A stretch of 25,505 nt of DNA from Phycisphaerae bacterium. Lineage in GTDB: Bacteria; Planctomycetota; Phycisphaerae; UBA1845; Fen-1342. The position numbers were made by a program, and so were the translations under genes. Below the pieces are notes generated by a model. It had not been told where the DNA came from and searched no databases. It was given only the letters and a program-made list of their open reading frames with translations. Numbering within the stretch: position 1 is the stretch's first letter; each line of letters opens with the position of its first letter. Location of the stretch: positions 1 to 25,505 of the forward strand of contig JASFQK010000055.1 in NCBI GenBank assembly GCA_050115495.1. The letters run 5' to 3'. Below are positions 17,732 through 25,505 of the stretch, piece by piece.

Positions 17732-19177
17732 ATGTTGACGCGAATAGTCCCGTTGATTCTCTCCCTTCTGATGCTCACCGGCTCGGCCCACGGTCAATCC
17801 AGACCGGCCGACGACGATCCTGTCCAGAACTTCGAATTCGCGTGGCAGGCCCTCGATCGGACCTACGTTTTCTTCAAGGACACGCAGTTAGACTGGGACG
17901 CCATTCACAACGTCTATCGCCCGCGGGTTACGTCGGAGACGACACCGCAGGAGCTGTTCGATTTGCTGTTGAGCATGGTCGGCCATCTTCACGATGGGCA
18001 CGTCGCCATAGACCGCAACGATGGCAAGGGACAAGTTCACGCAGAAGAGGTGGATTGGACTCAGCAGGACCGGGACTTCTCCAGTCAACTCATCAAGTCA
18101 AAGTATCTCAATGGCAAGTACGCAGAGGATCTGCACGGCTGTTTGACTTCTGGTTGGCTGACAAACGACATCGCGTACCTGCGGATTGCTGACTTCAAGC
18201 AGAGACAACAGCCGACGTGCGCTGCGCTGGACGCTATCTTGGAGGGGTTTTCGGGTGCCAAGGGCGTCGTCGTGGACATGCGCATGCACCCTGGAGGAAG
18301 AAGCAACACAGCCAGGCTCGCCGCTGGACGCTTTGCCGACCGAAAGCGCCATTACATGCGAACGCGAATGCGCTATGGGCCGACTCACGATGGCCTGGCA
18401 CCCATTACTTACAGGTATGTGCAACCCGGCGGCCCCATGCCATTCACGCGACCGGTTGTCGTGCTCGTACACCGGTTCACGGAGAGCGCCGGCGAGGACT
18501 TCACGATGGCAGCGAGTGTTCTACCGCACGTGACCACCGTCGGGGAGCGGACGGCCGGCGCCCTCGGCAGCCAGTATCCAGTGACGATGCCCAACGGTTG
18601 GAGGCTCTGGATGCCGTACATGGCGAACCTGGATCACAACGGCGTGTCCTGGAATGGCGTCGGCCTGACACCGGACATCTACATGGTGAATGCGCCGGCG
18701 GATATTGAGTCGGGCCACGACCGCGTGCTCGAGTTCGCGTTGGACTTGCTGCAACTCGGCCAGCTCAAGCCACAGGACGAATCGAGCAGCCTGAGAAACA
18801 TGAAGACCTCGATCGTAGAGACCTTCGACAAGATCTTGAACGAGAAGGGGCGAGAGGCAGCGATCGCCGAGGTCGCGCGGATCCGTGCCACCGACGACGG
18901 CCGCTATTTCTTTGGTGTAGATGAAGCCTTCATGCAGGTGCAGCAGTACCTGGCCGGCGAACGCTTCCAGGAGGCTGCCGAGCTCTCGGAAATCTGCGTG
19001 AACGAGTTCCCTGAGTTCGCCGGCGGCTATGGCATGCTAGCGTACTGCCTCGCCAAAAGCGGCCAGCGCGACGCCGCCCGGGCGATGGTGGAGAAGGCGG
19101 AAGCAATGGAGGCGACGTATGCGTTTGAACGGACGTACCTGGAGAAGGCCAAGAACGAGCTGAAGACGCGTCCTTGA
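17732..19177 (+). CDS. Secreted S41-family (tricorn/IRBP-like) peptidase with C-terminal TPR
   Basis: Signal peptide; NFEFAW..LDRTYVFF..LDWDAI, LHDGHV, VVDMRMHPGG, catalytic TESAGEDF, VGERTAG, GVGLTPDI; TPR-like tail. Confidence 0.93.
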   Translation: MLTRIVPLILSLLMLTGSAHGQSRPADDDPVQNFEFAWQALDRTYVFFKDTQLDWDAIHNVYRPRVTSETTPQELFDLLLSMVGHLHDGHVAIDRNDGKGQVHAEEVDWTQQDRDFSSQLIKSKYLNGKYAEDLHGCLTSGWLTNDIAYLRIADFKQRQQPTCAALDAILEGFSGAKGVVVDMRMHPGGRSNTARLAAGRFADRKRHYMRTRMRYGPTHDGLAPITYRYVQPGGPMPFTRPVVVLVHRFTESAGEDFTMAASVLPHVTTVGERTAGALGSQYPVTMPNGWRLWMPYMANLDHNGVSWNGVGLTPDIYMVNAPADIESGHDRVLEFALDLLQLGQLKPQDESSSLRNMKTSIVETFDKILNEKGREAAIAEVARIRATDDGRYFFGVDEAFMQVQQYLAGERFQEAAELSEICVNEFPEFAGGYGMLAYCLAKSGQRDAARAMVEKAEAMEATYAFERTYLEKAKNELKTRP

Positions 19178-19216
19178 ATGTGCGGCGGCGCCAGCGCCGG
19201 GGCGGGACGGCGCCGT

Positions 19217-19497
19217 TTCTCGCGGGAACCGATCCGCTGGGCGCACCGTGGGTCAGCCAGGCCCCATCCATAAACCCTTGCGAATCCGCGCGTTGAGACG
19301 AGCAACCCCGGGCGCTCTCCGGCCCGGGGCTTCGCGTTGACTCGGCGGTCGCCAGTTCCGCAACCGATCGCGCCGGACAGCCCGCTTCGGCGGGCGAAAG
19401 CTGCGCCGCGTCGTTGGCTACAGCCGCTTCAGCGGATCCAGGTCGCCGGCGGCCAGGGCTAGCTTCTTCGCCCGGGTCCAGCCTTTGAGCTGCCGCT
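19217..19497 (-). repeat. Copy A of GIY-YIG 3-prime end plus hairpin element
   Basis: Inverted homologue of 23142-23405. Core 19271-19355 matches 23286-23370 at 76/85 by manual alignment. Confidence 0.85.
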
Positions 19498-19555
19498 CCC
19501 GGCGTTCGGCTTCGTGCTGGTTCGGCTGCGGCTCGGTGTACAGCAGACGGTGGGG
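19418..19555 (-). pseudogene. GIY-YIG (UPF0213-like) nuclease C-terminal remnant
   Basis: PHRLLYTE...EAERRERQLKGWTRAKKLALAAGD is the typical C-terminus. The N-terminal GIY/YIG motifs are missing. Confidence 0.8.
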
Positions 19556-19841
19556 CATACCGAACGCCGACATGCGCGCCGTGTACGAGCTGGGGTACGC
19601 ATTGATGCGCGGCTTGGTGGAAGGAGACTTGGCCGAACGCATTCAGCAGTTGGGAGAAACGCCGCCCGGGCGCGGTGCCGCGGCCGCCGCTCGCTGAGGA
19701 GACCGAGGCGTCGTCGACTGCCCGCCGACGGCACGCGAATCCTCGTCATTGCGTTCTCCGCAAACCAAGGCCAACACCGTCGGTCGTGCTTCGCCGAGCC
19801 CTGCCGGAGAGCGTTCCGACCGAGCGGTAGTACACCGTGCG

Positions 19842-20096
19842 TCAGGTCTCTCGGGCACACGGTCCTGGCCGATCGTTATCGGTCTCTGCGCCACAGGCTC
19901 CCCGGCCCCGGGGTCGCGTCACGGTCGGGAACTCCTCGATGACCGCCCGGCGCAGCCGCAGCACCAAGTCTATCATCGCCGAGTTGCTTGGGACGGCCAG
20001 CACGCTCAAGTGCGCTTCGAGCGAGTCGAGGTCCTCGTGTACTCTCTGCAGAGCCTCCCTGTCGGCACGTCCGTCCATTACCGGCCCCTCGTTCAT
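19842..20096 (-). CDS. Small hypothetical protein (84 aa)
   Basis: GGAG RBS before ATG 20096, amphipathic helices (EALQRVHEDLDSLEAHL, MIDLVLRLRRAVIEEF), downstream of a good minus-strand promoter. Confidence 0.5.
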   Translation of the reverse strand: MNEGPVMDGRADREALQRVHEDLDSLEAHLSVLAVPSNSAMIDLVLRLRRAVIEEFPTVTRPRGRGACGAETDNDRPGPCARET

Positions 20097-20341
20097 GCTC
20101 CCACTCCACGCATGGCCCGCGGTCGAGCACCCGCTGGGTCTCCGCACGTCCGGCTGAACACGCTCCCGGCACGGGTGAACTCCCCGAGCCCCCCGCCTGG
20201 CGTTTAGCCCTGCCGGTGCAACGCCCGTGTCCCCGTCCTGTTCTCCAGCGCTCGCCGCCGCGGGCACTCACACCAGCCTGCGGGCGCGCAGACATATCCC
20301 TCTTCCGTCAAGGTGCGGGCGACACCGCGCCTTCTCCTGCC

Positions 20342-20428
20342 ACTGTAGCGCTCCGCAACAGAAACGTCAATAAACCATGTCCGAGACATGGAAAATCGAT
20401 TGCGTCCAGCACGCGGATCACGTATCAT
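20342..20428. promoter_or_regulatory. Back-to-back sigma70-like promoters with a 17-bp palindrome
   Basis: Minus strand: TTGACG (20370-20365)-N17-TACAGT (20347-20342). Palindrome CCATGTC-CGA-GACATGG at 20375-20391. Plus strand: TTGCGT (20400-20405)-N17-TATCAT (20423-20428). Confidence 0.7.
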
Positions 20429-20435
20429 CATAACC

Positions 20436-21665
20436 ATGTCGACTGATATGACCAATCCCAACGGCGTTCGATCGGTGCAGCAGCGCCTGAGCGAAGCTAC
20501 GGAGCAGCTGCGGGATGCGCTCTTCGAGGTGGTCCGTCTGGTGCCGGTACGTGCCCAGAAACCCGCGGAGTTTCAGCGTGTCTTGAAACTCGACCGCAGC
20601 CTCTCCAGCCGTCTGCTGCGTGCCATCCAGATGAACGACCCCCTCGCCTGCCTTCTCCGGCTTCCTGGTCCGCACGGCGTTCGCCTGCTGCTGCGCGCCG
20701 CCGGCAAGGCGCTCCGCGACCAGGCTTCCCTGCAACGAGGTGAGGATGCCCTGGCCGCCCTGGAGGGCCTGGTGGCCAGCGAGTTCGGCGAGTGGAAGGA
20801 CCTGACGGCGGCAATCTCGGGCTGGCTCCCGGAGGCGCGTGAGCAGGTGGAGATGGCGAATCGGCAGAAAGTGTTCAAGGCCATGAGCTACCTGAAGGGC
20901 GTAACCGCGGACGCCGAGGTGTCGGTCACGCTCATCCATCCAGGCAGCAACAACGCGGACTGGCTGGACCGCGCGGGGATCACCGGGATCTGTCGCATGA
21001 AACGGCTGCGCCCCGGCGCGCCGATGGGTCTGTTGCATGGCAGTTCGATCGCGCCGCCGCCGGGCACGCAGCGTCTCTCTCTCGACGGCCTGCCGATCGA
21101 TACGGAGCATGGCGCTCCGTTGCTGCGCGAATTCTCCTCGCGGCCGACGCCGCGGTTTGACGTTCGCGTTGACGGGGACACCGTTCATTACTTGCTGAGC
21201 GGCGACGGCGTGGGGCTGGGTTCGATGGTGGACCTGTTTTTCGCCGACATCATGCGCGGCCGCTATCCCGCGCACGCGCAAGTCAGTCCACGAGTGGCGA
21301 CGCCGGGAGCGCTCATCGACATCCCGGTCAAGACGCTGATCGTGGACGTGCTCGTACACGAGGACGTCTGGCCTGATGTGGAGCCGGAACTGCGCATGTA
21401 CGACACAACCGGGCGCGGCGCGGCCAATCCGACCGATCCCTCGCGAGACATGGATCGTATAGACGTGCTCGAGTCGATCGCCGAGATCGGCGTCGGCCTG
21501 GAGCGTTTTCGAACCCGGGAGGTCGCGCGCTACGCGGAGATGGTACAGGCCGCGTGCGACGTATTGGGTTGGGACAGCAGCCGTTTCCGGGGCTACCGCT
21601 GCCGAGTCGACTATCCCGTTTACGGCACGCAGGTCAGCATGGTCTTCCGGCCGCCTCGCCGCTGA
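20436..21665 (+). CDS. Uncharacterised HTH-containing ~410 aa protein, paralogue 3
   Basis: KPAEFQRVLKLDRSLSSRLL, PLLREFSSRPTP, VLVHEDVWP, GWDSSRFRGYRCRVDYP. ATG 20436 is preferred because ATG 20388 lies inside the palindrome upstream of the promoter. Confidence 0.88.
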   Translation: MSTDMTNPNGVRSVQQRLSEATEQLRDALFEVVRLVPVRAQKPAEFQRVLKLDRSLSSRLLRAIQMNDPLACLLRLPGPHGVRLLLRAAGKALRDQASLQRGEDALAALEGLVASEFGEWKDLTAAISGWLPEAREQVEMANRQKVFKAMSYLKGVTADAEVSVTLIHPGSNNADWLDRAGITGICRMKRLRPGAPMGLLHGSSIAPPPGTQRLSLDGLPIDTEHGAPLLREFSSRPTPRFDVRVDGDTVHYLLSGDGVGLGSMVDLFFADIMRGRYPAHAQVSPRVATPGALIDIPVKTLIVDVLVHEDVWPDVEPELRMYDTTGRGAANPTDPSRDMDRIDVLESIAEIGVGLERFRTREVARYAEMVQAACDVLGWDSSRFRGYRCRVDYPVYGTQVSMVFRPPRR

Positions 21666-21720
21666 AGTACTGACCGGCCGGGCGGACCACGCCGGCCGTT
21701 CTGGGTCGTGCGCCTACCGT

Positions 21721-22201
21721 TGGTGGGCACGGCCCGCCCTACACGCATTTCACGCAGGCCATCTGCGCCGTCGCACCAGCACCGTAGGGCGGGCCTGCCC
21801 GCCATCGTACTCCCTCCGTGTCAGCCTGCGGCACGTGCGGCACCGGCAGTTCTTCATCGCGTTATTCAGACGTAGTATCAACACCCCACACCGTCGAAAG
21901 GCGCGTGGCAGCTCCTCACTTCGCCTTTGACTTGATTCTCCGGCGTCTGTGCGGTACACTTCATTCAGGATGTGAGGTTGTCAGCACATCGCGCTCGTAC
22001 AGGGGCACGTAAGTACTGGGTCACTCTGGGCGTTCAGGGGGTGGTGAGCGCCGTAGTGCGGGCCGTGCCCGCCAAATACGCTTGCGCGCATACACTCGGC
22101 GGGCATGGGTGCCCGCTGTCGGACTCCGCTACGAGCGAGCCCTCGGCTCTGCGGCCGCTCTCGCTCGCGTGCTTGCGCCTGGCGGGCACGGCCCGCCCTA
22201 C
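21721..22201. repeat. Four GTAG-type REP elements (consensus GTAGGGCGGGCCGTGCCCGCCA)
   Basis: 21721-21742 (-), 21784-21804 (+), 22053-22074 (+), 22180-22201 (-). Each has a GTAG head followed by an imperfect palindrome. Confidence 0.85.
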
Positions 22202-22392
22202 ATGGCTGGTGGAATTGGTTGGTGCCCTCGCCGTAACCCCCGTCGAAAGATGGCGCGAAGAACGCCACCGGCGGTAGTCCCTCATGGACAAATCCGGCAG
22301 CGTTCCTGAGTTTCGAGGCGTTTGCAGTGCTCCGGATGGCCCACGAGGCCGCAGCCCCGGGCGCTTGGTGCATCTGAAGCCCGATTGGGGGA

Positions 22393-23010
22393 CTACCGCC
22401 CGGGGGTGCACGGATTCTTTTTCACACCGAGACCGTTCCCGACGGGCGTTGTCACGGACTGCCGGCCCCACCAGGCTCTCCAGCGATCCTGAACCTGCTT
22501 GAGACGCCCTGACGCCCGCAGCGCTTCGCCGCCTTTGTACATGTCGTCGAAAAATGTGTAGTCGCTGCGGCCGCGGTCCTCGATGCGTACCCCATCGAGC
22601 TTGTAAGCGACGTGGGCCAGCATCCACGCGGCCTGGTGGCCGACAAATCCCCAGCCGGTATCGCCGTGGTGGGGCGACTGCGTCGTGTCTCCGATCGCGT
22701 CGATGACATCGGGTATCAGCTCGAGGATCATGCCCTCCCGAAAGTCGTACAGCGCCTGCTCTTTTTCCGCCGGATCGCCGAAGCGCAACCGCTCCCGCAC
22801 CGCGACGTACGTCTCATCCGGCGTCGTCGTCGTCGGAGATGGCTGGCACGGGCGACCGCCCTCGTCCGCCGGCACCTGGCCTCTTTCGGGCGAGCCGGCG
22901 CACGCCGGCTGCCGATCCGGCGGAACCCGACAGCCGACGCTCGCCAGCGGAAGGAGCACGGTCAGAATGAACACCCCCGTGTACGGCCGGGTGTTTGGCT
23001 GTCGGGTCAT
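22393..23010 (-). CDS. Hypothetical lipoprotein with HEAT-like helical domain
   Basis: MTRQPNTRPYTGVFILTVLLPLASVGC lipobox, P/T linker, helical domain ending WRAWW. The upstream ORF-track extension is antisense to the GIY-YIG remnant. Confidence 0.75.
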   Translation of the reverse strand: MTRQPNTRPYTGVFILTVLLPLASVGCRVPPDRQPACAGSPERGQVPADEGGRPCQPSPTTTTPDETYVAVRERLRFGDPAEKEQALYDFREGMILELIPDVIDAIGDTTQSPHHGDTGWGFVGHQAAWMLAHVAYKLDGVRIEDRGRSDYTFFDDMYKGGEALRASGRLKQVQDRWRAWWGRQSVTTPVGNGLGVKKNPCTPGR

Positions 23011-23141
23011 CGGGTCACCGTCCACAGCGCCAGCACGTGTCAGCATCCACGTCCTGTTTTGACGCCCGGGAGCGGTCGGTGTTCCCGGCCATTTGCACAA
23101 GGCGCTCCTGAGGCCTCGCCGAGCATGCTCGCCAGAACTGC

Positions 23142-23405
23142 AGCGGCAGTTCAAAGGCTGGAGCTGGGCGAAGAAGCTGGCCCTGGCCGCCGGCGACTTG
23201 GCCCTGCTCAGGGGGCAGTCATCGAGGGAATGTGCGCAGCTCTTGCGAGGCAAGACAGGATGATGGACTGCGATCCGTCGCGAGTCTGGCGACCGACCAC
23301 TTAACGCGAAACCCCGGGCCAGAGAGCGCCCGGGGTTGCTCGTTCCAACGCGAGGATTCGCAAGGGTTTACAGATGCGGCCGAAGCGGACCGGATGCCGC
23401 GAGAA
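23142..23405 (+). repeat. Copy B of GIY-YIG 3-prime end plus hairpin element
   Basis: Encodes RQFKGWSWAKKLALAAGDL, then the conserved core with hairpin CCCCGGGC..GCCCGGGG and CGCAAGGGTTTA. Confidence 0.85.
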
Positions 23406-23622
23406 CGCCGGTTTGGGCGGCTTGCGCGCCGCCCGGCCGTTCTGAGGCGTCTCTAGGCCCCCGCGCTCTCCATTTCTCCCGTTAACAGCCGACCGTCCCG
23501 TTAACGCGCTCCAGGCGGTTAACGGGGACCGGATTCATGGGGGCGCCGCCGAGCGACACCTCGGGCAAACGACGCACGCGCCGTTCAACGCCCTAGCTGG
23601 TTCTCATGCTCGAGCGCGCCCG

Positions 23623-24948
23623 TTAGGCACCACCAAGTAGCTTGTGGATTCGGTCGAGCAGCGCCTTGACCTCTTCGGCCCGCGAGGCAACCCATGTGCC
23701 GGTGGCTAGGGCCGACATGAACCAGCCCTTGGCGCGACTCCAAGCCTTGGCGATCTCCGGCGCCGAACTGGCCTTGTTCTTCAGTGCCGTGAGGGCTTCC
23801 GTGAGCGATGCCACTGTCGCTCGGTCGCGTTCCCCGACGTATTCAAGTAGGCGCTCGAAGCACTCGATCAGGGCCTTATTCGATTCGTAAGAAACTCGCT
23901 GCACGACGTCGCCGGTGGTCGCCGTCGCCCCGGCGCCGACTGGCTGAACGCCGACCGGTCCACGATTCTCGACATGGATGTTGGTCACGTTCGTGCTCTC
24001 GAGGATCACAACCACGGGTACTGTCACACCACCCGCAGATATCAGCTGCATTGATTTGGCGTCTGCGAGGCTCAGTCCTCGTTCTACGTTCTTTAGAAGC
24101 CCCTTGATCGCTTCGGTGTACTGCTTGCCGTACCGCTCTGAAACATCCCGATTTCGGATCGCCTTTTCAAACTCACGCTGGGCGCTCTTCAGCTCCTTCA
24201 TCGCCTCCTTAGGGCGAGAATACGCCAGCAGGGCTCCAATACCGTAATGCGCATAGCCACGCGTGTCGGTTTGCGATCTCTGCGAACTGATCGCTCGGCC
24301 AAACCAGTCAATCGCCTCAACCGGCTGGCCGCGTTGCGCGAGGCAAGTTGCCATATTGTTGAATACGTTCCCCGGGACGTCGATGAACTCGTACCCATTC
24401 TCCAGCGCCCGCTGAAATTCCCCGATTGCCTCTTCCACAGCTCCCTTCTTGGTAAGCGCGTAGCCCCGCGTATTGTGAACCTCCCAATCGAGCACCAGCG
24501 CGCGATGCTCCGTCGTCGCGCGTTGCAGATAGCCAAGTCCTTCATCTAAATCAGCCGCGTTCCCGAAATCGTTCAGTAACTCCGCCAACCAGTACAGGAT
24601 GTCACCAAGATTGAATGGTTGCGGCGTCCGGCTCACCAAGGCCCTGTATATCCGGACGGCGTCCTCGGGTTGGCCTCTTCTCTTGTAGAAGTGCGCCATC
24701 TCTATTTCAATCTCGACCCGGTCCCCTCCCGGGCCGTAGTTGAGGGCACGCTTGTACGCTTGCTCAGCCAAGTCAAAGGCGCCGAGATAGTTCAAGAGCC
24801 TCGCTTCTTGGCGGTCGGCCGCCTGGCGCTCCACCCTGGCATCCGCTGGGATGAGTCCATAGCAGGCCAACGCCTTTCGCAGACTACCCCTGGCGAAGAA
24901 CGACTCCGCGCGCGCGAGGAGATGTTGTGGATCTGGAATGGCCATCAT
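23623..24948 (-). CDS. Tetratricopeptide-repeat protein with C-terminal helical domain (441 aa)
   Basis: About seven TPR-like units (e.g. VHNTRGYALTKKGAVEEAIGEFQRALE, VFNNMATCLAQRGQPVEAIDWFGRAI). ATGA overlap with the upstream gene. Confidence 0.9.
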   Translation of the reverse strand: MMAIPDPQHLLARAESFFARGSLRKALACYGLIPADARVERQAADRQEARLLNYLGAFDLAEQAYKRALNYGPGGDRVEIEIEMAHFYKRRGQPEDAVRIYRALVSRTPQPFNLGDILYWLAELLNDFGNAADLDEGLGYLQRATTEHRALVLDWEVHNTRGYALTKKGAVEEAIGEFQRALENGYEFIDVPGNVFNNMATCLAQRGQPVEAIDWFGRAISSQRSQTDTRGYAHYGIGALLAYSRPKEAMKELKSAQREFEKAIRNRDVSERYGKQYTEAIKGLLKNVERGLSLADAKSMQLISAGGVTVPVVVILESTNVTNIHVENRGPVGVQPVGAGATATTGDVVQRVSYESNKALIECFERLLEYVGERDRATVASLTEALTALKNKASSAPEIAKAWSRAKGWFMSALATGTWVASRAEEVKALLDRIHKLLGGA

Positions 24949-25385
24949 CGTCCCCAGTCAGCTCGGGCGTTGATTTCCTGATTCCCAGTGGCTTGCCAGG
25001 TTAAGGTTTCAAGCAGTGCGTCTAGGCGAACGTCAGCGGCGCCGATAGACGTGTCCGCGGCGCCATAGTAGAGGCGGAGGTATTCCATCCCCCGCAAGAT
25101 CTCTAACCCACAAGGAAACACCGTATCCGCCCGCCGTCCGGTTCGCTCCCATATCAGCAGCGGGCTGAGTACCGGAGTGCTGCTTCGTGCAAGGACGATT
25201 GTCGGATTGCTGCGATCTAATAGAGCAGCACCCACGTGGTAGGACATATCACGATCAACGCCATAGTAAAAGCATAGCCACCCGTGTGGAGTTAGAAGTG
25301 GGGATGTTGACGGGCCCACACGGTCAGAATCCCAACTGCCATCACGAGGAAAAAGGAGAGGAAACGGCCTGCCCCAATGAACCAG
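24945..25385 (-). pseudogene. GH130/DUF377-like glycosidase-phosphorylase, C-terminal part, cut by the IS
   Basis: LVHWG..WDSDRVG..PLLTPHGWLCFYYGV..YHVGAALLD..P..VLAR..VFPCG..LYYGAADT. The frame is open up to the IS junction at 25385/25386. Confidence 0.88.
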
Positions 25386-25505
25386 GAGCTATAACCGAAT
25401 TTCGTTGATGGCGGGATGAAAAAAGGCGGCGTACTCTCGGGATCAAGATTGGTTCCGAGCCGCCCACGCTGGGCAGAGGAGTACGCCGATGCACGAGAGT
25501 AACGA
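25386..25505 (+). mobile_element. Insertion-sequence left end (partial), copy 2, with start of a presumed transposase ORF (MHESN...)
   Basis: Identical in reverse to 1-103. GAGGAG RBS at 25476-25481, then ATG 25489 running off the window. Confidence 0.8.

Noticed and set aside
19220..19248. TCGCGGGAACCGATCCGCTGGGCGCACCG resembles a tRNA 3-prime half (att scar)
   Set aside because: Lacks the GTTCGA T-loop and CCA, and is not kept in repeat copy B. Chance similarity is plausible.
21721..22201. REP cluster as a CRISPR array
   Set aside because: Mixed orientations, irregular spacing and no cas genes.
23583..23628. attC-like site: TPR stop codon inside GCCTAAC, with GTTGAAC downstream on the minus strand
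   Set aside because: Only 46 nt, shorter than typical attC sites. L-box pairing is poor, and there is no integrase or second attC in the window.

Overview
GC-rich bacterial DNA, probably from a Phycisphaerae-type planctomycete (inferred from the PEP-CTERM proteins, a GACC/Cys-rich plus dockerin-like secreted protein and an ECF/anti-sigma pair). Both ends carry the same 103-bp IS-like end in inverted orientation, and each copy cuts a gene. The main recurring theme is three paralogues of an uncharacterised ~410-420 aa protein with an N-terminal HTH-like segment (near 4.9, 14.5 and 20.4 kb). Each sits head-to-head with a divergent gene (secreted in two cases) across back-to-back sigma70-like promoters with a palindrome or tandem repeat between them, which suggests an undescribed one-component regulator family. 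The window also holds: an orphan T6SS-type module (LysM-like protein, DUF4123 chaperone, low-GC deaminase-like effector split at an A8 tract); an XRE regulator divergent from a ~400-nt leader that can fold two ways, ahead of a hypothetical gene and an Abi_C/HEPN-like gene; a CobW-type GTPase; an S41 peptidase; a lipoprotein; a truncated GH130-like gene coupled to a TPR gene; an inverted pair of GIY-YIG remnants with a conserved hairpin element; four GTAG REPs; and IS3 and PEP-CTERM remnants. No rRNA, tRNA or CRISPR array was seen.
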